Assembly: GCA_046757025.1 (NCBI GenBank)
Contig: JBHHXN010000006.1
Location: forward strand, 8,430-72,429
Direction of reading: 5' to 3'
Source: a bacterium
GTDB taxonomy: Bacteria > Zhuqueibacterota > Zhuqueibacteria > Oceanimicrobiales > Oceanimicrobiaceae
DNA: 64,000 nt
Positions 57,841-64,000 of this stretch are shown piece by piece. Position 1 is the first letter of the stretch. Every line of letters starts with the position of its first letter. A model generated the notes under the pieces. It had not been told where the DNA came from, made no database searches, and saw only the letters and a program-made list of their open reading frames with translations. The translations under genes were made by a program, and so were the position numbers.

Positions 57841-59052
57841 ATGCAACGCTGTAATTTGCCATTAAACCGCAACAACTGGATTTTAGCAACCACGGCCTCT
57901 TTGATTCTTCTGTTTTGTCCGATGAGCTTCGGACAGGAGAGTCGCGGTGCCGCCGGCACGTTTTTAAGAATGGGCGTGGGCGCCCGGGCGTTGTCGCTGG
58001 GTGGAGCCTTTACCGGTCTGGCAAACGGCCCTTCGGCAACCTATTGGAACCCGGCCGGCCTTCATCAGATTCAAAAGCTGCAATTTGAATTCATGAACAT
58101 GAATTTGCCATTTGATCGCACCTTCAATTTTTTCACCGGCGTCATGCCGGTGAAAAACTATTTCAGTGTGGGCGTGAGCTGGATCGGTTTAAAAGTGGAC
58201 AACATCGAAGGGCGGAGTTTCAACAGCTCCACACCGGAAAATATTTTCAGCAACTCGCAGAATGCCTTTCTGATTTCGGTGAGCAAAAATATCAATTCAA
58301 TGATCGCCGTTGGTGGGAATTTTAAAATCATCCGAAACGACCTGGCAGACCAGTCGGCTACCGGCATGGGTTTCGATGCGTCGCTTCTGGTCAATTTCAA
58401 TAACCAAATTCGCCTGGGACTGTTGCTGCAGGATATCGGTACGGATTTCAGGTGGGACCGCAATTACACCGAAGGCGTACCGTTGAATTTACGTGTGGGT
58501 GCTTCCTGGCGGGCGCACGAGCTGGTGACTGTGGTCGCCGATGTTAGCAAAACCGCGGGCCTGTCGCCGGTATTGCACCTTGGCAGCGAAGTAAGGCCCA
58601 TCAGCATGCTACCTATTCGCGTTGGTTTGAATGATAAGCAATTTACGGGCGGCGCCGGATTTGTCTTGCCGCTTTCCGAGCATACTCTGGAAATCAATTA
58701 CGGTTACGCATCTGATAAAGTGTTCGACGATGCCGTGCACCGTATTTCGTTGGTCTTTTCGTTGGATCACACGACAGGCCGATTCAAAAAGAAAAAGTCC
58801 AAACCCGTGTGGCAAACGAACAGCGTCGTTGAAAAAAACTCATACGATAAATTGAAGAAAATGGCTCAGGTGACAGCCAGCACCTTGAACGTGCGCTCCG
58901 GGCCAGGCAAGAATTTCAGGATTGTCACCAAGGTGCAGCGGGGACAGAAATTTGAATTGCTGCAAGAAAACGGCAAGTGGCGTAAAATCAGATTAGGCAG
59001 CGGCAGCACCGGCTGGGTGCATGAAAATTACCTCAAAATTGTGTATGAGTGA
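57841..59052 (+). CDS. PorV/PorQ-like outer-membrane beta-barrel fused to C-terminal SH3b domain
   Basis: The N-terminal signal is followed by FLRMGVGARALSLGGAFTGLANGPSATYWNPAGL (a PorV-family signature) and beta-strand repeats. A Lys-rich linker (KKKKSKP) leads to an SH3_3-like C-terminus (TLNVRSGPGKNFRIVTKVQRGQKFELLQENGKWRKIRLGSGSTGWVHENYL). Confidence 0.55.
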   Translation: MQRCNLPLNRNNWILATTASLILLFCPMSFGQESRGAAGTFLRMGVGARALSLGGAFTGLANGPSATYWNPAGLHQIQKLQFEFMNMNLPFDRTFNFFTGVMPVKNYFSVGVSWIGLKVDNIEGRSFNSSTPENIFSNSQNAFLISVSKNINSMIAVGGNFKIIRNDLADQSATGMGFDASLLVNFNNQIRLGLLLQDIGTDFRWDRNYTEGVPLNLRVGASWRAHELVTVVADVSKTAGLSPVLHLGSEVRPISMLPIRVGLNDKQFTGGAGFVLPLSEHTLEINYGYASDKVFDDAVHRISLVFSLDHTTGRFKKKKSKPVWQTNSVVEKNSYDKLKKMAQVTASTLNVRSGPGKNFRIVTKVQRGQKFELLQENGKWRKIRLGSGSTGWVHENYLKIVYE

Positions 59053-59158
59053 ATCACTTGGTTGCATACACTGGCCGCTGAGCAGGAATTTTTAATGAGG
59101 TACTGTATATTGGTGGTAGCTGAACATGCCATCGGCCTGAAACCTCGAGTTTTTTTCT

Positions 59159-59887
59159 TTACTGTAAAAGCTGCGAAATTAAATCCGGATAATCCGTCAA
59201 AACCATTTGCACGCCGCACTGCTGGCAGCGCTCGAAGTCGGTTTTGGAGTTCACCAGGTAGCCTAAAAAGCGTTTGCCGCGCCGGTGCAGGTCTGCGATT
59301 TGCGCACGGTTAACAAGCGGCAGGCCGTGGTAAAAAGCGGGTAAGGAAAGCAGTTCACTGCGCGGTTCAAATATTTTCCCTAGACCTACCAAACACCCCA
59401 AGCCCCAAAGGCGGGTTCTACTTTCGCGCGGAAAAATGGCGTAACCCGGGAAATAGGTTTGCACGAGTTTATCTGCCTTTGCGCACCAGGTGAGAAACCA
59501 CACGCCATCATGAAATCTCAGATCTGACAGCGTTTCCTTCAAAATCTGGAAAAGCCGTTCATCGGATATTTTGCAGTCAAAAATGTAATCTTTGGCGCGA
59601 TATTTTTGCAGAAGGGTGACGAGATCGATGAGATTATCGCGAAAACGGCCGTCGGGAGACTGGATTTGAAGATCACAAATTTCACTGCAATCGAGTTCAT
59701 GAATCACTTTGTCCGGGTGTCCGAATCGCGCCAGGTCGGCGTCGTGGGAGAGAATGATTTTATCGTCTTTGGAAAGCCGCAGATCGGTTTCAAAACCGCT
59801 GGCGCCAGCCTGGTGCGCCCGGTCAAAGGCCAGCAGCGTGTTTTCCGGCCAGATTTTTGAGGAACCTCGGTGGGCAATTATTTTCAT
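59159..59887 (-). CDS. Glycerophosphodiester phosphodiesterase (GDPD family)
   Basis: The N-terminal catalytic motif is IIAHRGSSKIWPENTLLAFDRAHQAGASGFETDLRLSKD. Confidence 0.8.
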   Translation of the reverse strand: MKIIAHRGSSKIWPENTLLAFDRAHQAGASGFETDLRLSKDDKIILSHDADLARFGHPDKVIHELDCSEICDLQIQSPDGRFRDNLIDLVTLLQKYRAKDYIFDCKISDERLFQILKETLSDLRFHDGVWFLTWCAKADKLVQTYFPGYAIFPRESRTRLWGLGCLVGLGKIFEPRSELLSLPAFYHGLPLVNRAQIADLHRRGKRFLGYLVNSKTDFERCQQCGVQMVLTDYPDLISQLLQ

Positions 59888-60372
59888 TTATCCGGATTTG
59901 TTCTTCTCAAAAAAATTCGCCTCAGTTTGATACGGATATTCACAGCGCTGCAAAGCTGCAATCAATATGTGAAACGCAGAAAACGCCGCGGGCGCAGAGG
60001 AAAAAATAGAAAAAAGGAATAATATCAGTAACAACAATAAGTTTGGTCGTGTGGGATTGTTATACGGCTTTTCGCTTATTGAAATCAAAAACTCTGCAAA
60101 CCTCTGCGTTCTTTGCACAACTACGTCAATGACTTTCACACTGTACAATTATTTGGATTTGGCAACTGGAATCCGCTTAGAAACTTTGCAAACAAAACAA
60201 AGAAATGCCGGTCGGTAGTACGGATTAAATGTTTTTGATTAGAAAATAAATCAGTGTTTTATCTGTGAAAATCCGTGGCCCAATTATTTTTTATCGCCCC
60301 GAAAGCCGCGAACTTTTGCCTGATTTTGTTCGCGACCTTCGTGACGAATCTTAACGACTTATAAACTCAATT

Positions 60373-61734
60373 TCACTTACGGGAGATCTCCATTTTCTCT
60401 TTTGCCAGTCGTTCGTATTTGGATTTGTATTTTTCATAAAGCTGTGTGTGACGGCTGGTCAAATCGATTTTGCGACCCTGGATGAATTCCTGCTCCACTC
60501 GGGTCATGATTTCCAGCGGATCGCCGTTCGTGACGATGAGCGTGGCGTCTTTGCCGACTTCCAGCGAGCCCACGCGATCGGCGACGCCGAGTATCTGAGC
60601 TGGGTAGAGGGTCACAGCTTTCAGCGCCTCCTCTTTGGGTAAACCGTACGCTGCAGCCATCGCCGCATGGTACGGCAAATTGCGCGCATGCGCCGCTTCA
60701 AAACTAAAACCTATGCAGAAAGAAACGCCGGCTTCGTGCAAACGCAGAGCATTTTTGTACGGAGTGTCATAGGCCTCCCATCGGCGCATGGGTGTCGTGA
60801 GCACCCCTCCAATGATCACGGGAATATTTTTAGCTTTCAGCAATTCGGTGATACGCCAGGCGTCGCGGCCGCCCACGAGAACCATGTTCACGTCTTCCTG
60901 AGTTGCCCAGTTGACTGACGCCTGAATTTGCAGGATTTCATCGGCATGTATGAACACCGGCGCTTGTTTTTTGAGAACAGGAATCATGGCTTCCCAGCGC
61001 AAGTCGGTGGCGTGGTAAGGCGTACCCTTGTTGCTCATCTCCGCCTCTTTGGTTTTGAGATAGGCCCGAGCTTCGGCAAATGCGTCCTGTATTTTTTGGA
61101 GGCTTTCGTCGCGGCGTTTTAGCAAATCACTGGCGCTCTGCCTGAAAAATCTCGAACGTCCACCCGCTACCATACGCGGCCAGCGTACGTGCAGTCCGGC
61201 CGGGGCTTTTAGGGTCATGTCTTCCCAGGTCCAGCCGTCCAGCATGATGAGGGCGGAGGTGCCCGAGATCAAGCCGCCAGACGGCACACTCAATGTGAGG
61301 GTGATACCATTGGCGCGGGTGACCGGGAACAGCTCGCTATCGGGGTTGATGGCGGCTTCCGCACGCACGTTGGGCTTGATGTCGCCCAATTCCGCGTAAT
61401 CGCGTGAAGCGCGCACCGCGCCGATTTCAACCAGACCCAGTGCCGTGTTGGCGGCGATCAAGCCGGGATAGACGTGTTTACCCTGGACATCGATTTCTTC
61501 AGTACCCTCGGGTAAATCGACATTTTGCCCCAGGGCCGTGATTTTTCCATCCACAAAAAGAACGGCGCCGTTTTCAATAGTTTCGCCGCTGACGGTATGG
61601 ATGGTGCCGCCCACCAGCGCGATGGGATGATCCTGCTTGGGCGCGGGAATTTGATCAGACGCTTTCAGGCTTAGAATGAAACATCCCACGAGGAAGAACA
61701 TGGTGAATGTGTTTCTAAATATTTTTTGCTTCAT
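60373..61734 (-). CDS. Secreted amidohydrolase-family metal-dependent hydrolase
   Basis: 453 aa with a signal peptide. The motifs VYPGLIAANTALGL and a C-terminal Asp region (TNGDPLE) fit the amidohydrolase fold. Confidence 0.65.
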   Translation of the reverse strand: MKQKIFRNTFTMFFLVGCFILSLKASDQIPAPKQDHPIALVGGTIHTVSGETIENGAVLFVDGKITALGQNVDLPEGTEEIDVQGKHVYPGLIAANTALGLVEIGAVRASRDYAELGDIKPNVRAEAAINPDSELFPVTRANGITLTLSVPSGGLISGTSALIMLDGWTWEDMTLKAPAGLHVRWPRMVAGGRSRFFRQSASDLLKRRDESLQKIQDAFAEARAYLKTKEAEMSNKGTPYHATDLRWEAMIPVLKKQAPVFIHADEILQIQASVNWATQEDVNMVLVGGRDAWRITELLKAKNIPVIIGGVLTTPMRRWEAYDTPYKNALRLHEAGVSFCIGFSFEAAHARNLPYHAAMAAAYGLPKEEALKAVTLYPAQILGVADRVGSLEVGKDATLIVTNGDPLEIMTRVEQEFIQGRKIDLTSRHTQLYEKYKSKYERLAKEKMEISRK

Positions 61735-61800
61735 TTTTTAACTCCTCGTAAAAATTTACTTTTTAAGAATCCGAATTCTTAGTTTCAATAAGGATCACGA

Positions 61801-64000
61801 TCAATTTGATGGCCGGCCGCGACCACTGTCTCTATTCTTTTTCTTCTCACCACCGGCTGTCAGCACTTTCTGGATCAATCGCGCGCGCTCTGCTTGTACC
61901 TGTTTGCGCATTTCCCGGTCTTTTTCGAGACTAAAATACTGACGGCCGTCGATCCAGGTTTGTTCGCAAATGGAGTAAGTGGAAAGCGGGTGTCCGCTCC
62001 ACACCACAAAGTCCGCGTCTTTTCCCACTTCTAATGAACCGACTCGGTGATCGATTTTGAGCTGTTTTGCTGGATTGAGGGTAACGAATTTCAACGCGTC
62101 TTCTTCGCTGATTCCGCCGTATTTCACGGCTTTGGCTGCTTCCAGGTTCATGCGCCGCGCCAGCTCACCGCTGTCGGAATTGAAGGAAACCACCACGCCG
62201 GCGTTGTGCATCAAAGCGCCGTTGTGGGGGATGGCGTCGTACACTTCGAATTTGTAGGCCCACCAGTCGCTGAAAGTGGAAGCGCCCGCGCCGTGCTGCG
62301 CCAGCGCTTCGGCCACCTTGTAGCCTTCCAAAACGTGCTGAAACGCGGCAATGGTGAAGCCGAAATCTTCCGCTACCCGCACCAGCATAAGGATTTCATC
62401 CTGGCGGTAAGAGTGGCTGTGGACGTCGCGTTGGCCATGAATGATTTCCAACAGCGCTTCCAGCTCTAAATCTTTGCGAGGTGGAATGACGCCGTTTTTC
62501 CTTTTGGTAGAATGATATTTTTGCCATTCTTTTTCATAATCCAGAGCAGCCTGGAGACGGTCGCGAATGATCTGCTCCACACCCATACGCGTGTCGGGGT
62601 AACGCTGATTGTTGCTGGAGCGTGAACGTTTGACATTTTCCCCGAGCGCAAATTTAATGCCCTCGGGTGCATCCTTCACCAGCATCTGTTCCGGTTGCGC
62701 GCCCCAGCGCAGTTTGATTATAGAGTTCTGCCCGCCGATGGGATTGGCGGAACCGTGCAATTGGTTGGCGATGGTTAAGCCGCCGGCGATTTCGCGATAG
62801 AGAGAAATATCGTAACTGTTGATTACGTCTCGGGTGCGGACTTCTGAAGTCACGGCTTGTGAGCCTTCGTTGATGGAGCTGAGTCCGGAGTGGGAATGGG
62901 CGTCGATCAAACCGGGCGTAACGTGTTTACCTCCGGCGTCGATGATGACCGCATTGGAAGCCGCACTTAAATTCTTTCCGATTTTGGTGATCTTGCCTTG
63001 CACCATCAGCATGTCGGTGTTTTCCAGATTTCCCTGCGGGCCGCAAGTCCAGATAGTGGCGTTGCGAACGAGTATCTGTTTCGGCTGTTCTGGAATTTGG
63101 GTAAAACCAAAGGCGCCGGGAGGATTGTTGGGAGCCGGCACGCTTTGCACTTTTTTCGCTATTTTCGCTTTTTGGGACTTTGGCCTGGCCGCTTTCACCG
63201 CTTCTTTCCAGGTCGCGCTCCAGGTAAACGTACTGCCGTCCGGCAGCGCTCCTTGTCCCATCATCTGCTTGTCTTCCACGCTGCCAGAGAGGCGAACCAC
63301 CCCGGCGTAGCCCAAACTGTCGCCAGCAAAAGACATGGTTACCCGGCGGCGTTCCAGTTTGATTTTTTTCAATTTCACACGGGTGCTGTCTTGCAGCAGC
63401 GATCCACTCAACTTTTCCGGCTTGCCTTTTATTTCGAGCTCAGTCGATAGGGACTTTTCTTGGGGCAGGGCAAATGTGAGGGTCCATTTTCCAGCCGGAT
63501 CGACTTCCGGCCGCTTTTTTATTTCATAGCGTTTGCCGTCAACCCAGACGTCGAGAATTTTGGTTTTTTCACCGAACAAGTCTCCGTCGGTCACCACCAA
63601 ATGACCTAATTTCCCAGAGCGGACGCTGCCCAGCAGATTGCTAACTCCTAAGAGTTTCGCCGGTGTGGTGGTCAGGGCAGCCAGCGCCGCGTCGGCAGAC
63701 AGGCCGCGTTTTATGGATTCACGCAAGTTTTTTGTAAAATCAGCGGGCTTTTTTAATTTAGAGGTAGTCAGCGCAAAAGTAACACCCGCATCTTGCAATC
63801 GCTTTGGATTTTCTGGCGCCGCCTCCCAGTGACTCAATTCCTGCAGGCTGACATTCAAGGCTTCTTCTGGAGATTCGACTTTTGGCGTCTCGGGAAAACT
63901 CAGCGGCAGGATGAACGGCACCCCGGCCTTTTTGATGGCGCCAAGCTGGCGGTATTCGTGTCCGCTACCCAGAATCCACGATTTCAAGCCAAATTCTTTG
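61801..64000 (-). CDS. Amidohydrolase-family protein, partial (N-terminus beyond window end); apparently two amidohydrolase-like modules
   Basis: The frame is open to position 64000. The first about 180 aa read like an amidohydrolase C-terminal subdomain (GLSADAALAALTTTPAKLLGV, HLVVTDGDLF). Residues about 310-700 form a complete amidohydrolase domain (TPGLIDAHSHSGL...VVWSGHPLS). Confidence 0.6.
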   Translation of the reverse strand, partial: KEFGLKSWILGSGHEYRQLGAIKKAGVPFILPLSFPETPKVESPEEALNVSLQELSHWEAAPENPKRLQDAGVTFALTTSKLKKPADFTKNLRESIKRGLSADAALAALTTTPAKLLGVSNLLGSVRSGKLGHLVVTDGDLFGEKTKILDVWVDGKRYEIKKRPEVDPAGKWTLTFALPQEKSLSTELEIKGKPEKLSGSLLQDSTRVKLKKIKLERRRVTMSFAGDSLGYAGVVRLSGSVEDKQMMGQGALPDGSTFTWSATWKEAVKAARPKSQKAKIAKKVQSVPAPNNPPGAFGFTQIPEQPKQILVRNATIWTCGPQGNLENTDMLMVQGKITKIGKNLSAASNAVIIDAGGKHVTPGLIDAHSHSGLSSINEGSQAVTSEVRTRDVINSYDISLYREIAGGLTIANQLHGSANPIGGQNSIIKLRWGAQPEQMLVKDAPEGIKFALGENVKRSRSSNNQRYPDTRMGVEQIIRDRLQAALDYEKEWQKYHSTKRKNGVIPPRKDLELEALLEIIHGQRDVHSHSYRQDEILMLVRVAEDFGFTIAAFQHVLEGYKVAEALAQHGAGASTFSDWWAYKFEVYDAIPHNGALMHNAGVVVSFNSDSGELARRMNLEAAKAVKYGGISEEDALKFVTLNPAKQLKIDHRVGSLEVGKDADFVVWSGHPLSTYSICEQTWIDGRQYFSLEKDREMRKQVQAERARLIQKVLTAGGEKKKNRDSGRGRPSN

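Noticed and set aside
1-64000. tRNA, rRNA, tmRNA, RNase P, CRISPR arrays
   Set aside because: I scanned for T-loop (GTTCRAATC), CCA ends, rRNA-like conserved blocks and short direct repeats with spacers. None were found. The GGGG-rich segment at 27330 does not match the tmRNA or RNase P conserved cores.

Overview
This is a 64 kb chromosomal segment of roughly 45-50% GC from a bacterium that looks like a member of the FCB superphylum. Evidence for that is the several type-IX-secretion (T9SS) C-terminal sorting domains, the TTG start codons, and a BlaR1-TonB fusion. I could not assign it below that level. I call about 55 protein-coding genes and see no rRNA, tRNA or CRISPR.

The main blocks, in order:
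- A secreted FG-GAP and BNR lipoprotein pair, followed by a DUF1800-DUF1501-DUF1800 triad. The DUF1501 carries a Tat signal and a T9SS C-terminal domain.
- An M81 (MlrC-like) peptidase.
- A stress-signalling island at about 9.8-21.2 kb. It holds an RsbW-like kinase and RsbV-like STAS protein, an ECF sigma factor with its anti-sigma, a membrane protein built from about 27 tandem 10-aa LAREDFQxLL repeats, a 989-aa HExxH/beta-propeller protein, a PrsW-like intramembrane protease, and two paralogous GAF-PP2C phosphatases. The island is bracketed by two inverted copies of a MITE-like element.
- A cytochrome c, then a Ser/Thr kinase with TPR repeats followed by a tightly coupled 56-aa Pro-rich triple-repeat microprotein.
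- An autoregulated BlaI plus BlaR1(M56)-TonB(x2) sensor pair.
- fabF, then a complete hisGDCBHAFI operon preceded by a textbook His-codon leader-peptide attenuator.
- An M20 amidohydrolase, tilS-hpt-ftsH, a TPR protein, folP and cdaA, and a HupE/UreJ transporter with an EF-hand-like extension.
- A PduO-type adenosyltransferase next to a nest of inverted-repeat elements that also holds a K+-channel selectivity-filter remnant.
- An M24 peptidase, then a histidine kinase and sigma-54 activator pair upstream of a predicted sigma-54 promoter. That promoter would drive a receiver protein, an FN3 T9SS cargo and a PorV-like beta-barrel fused to an SH3b domain.
- A GDPD phosphodiesterase and two amidohydrolases, the last running off the window edge.

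A second small structured repeat of about 105-130 nt occurs three times in intergenic regions.
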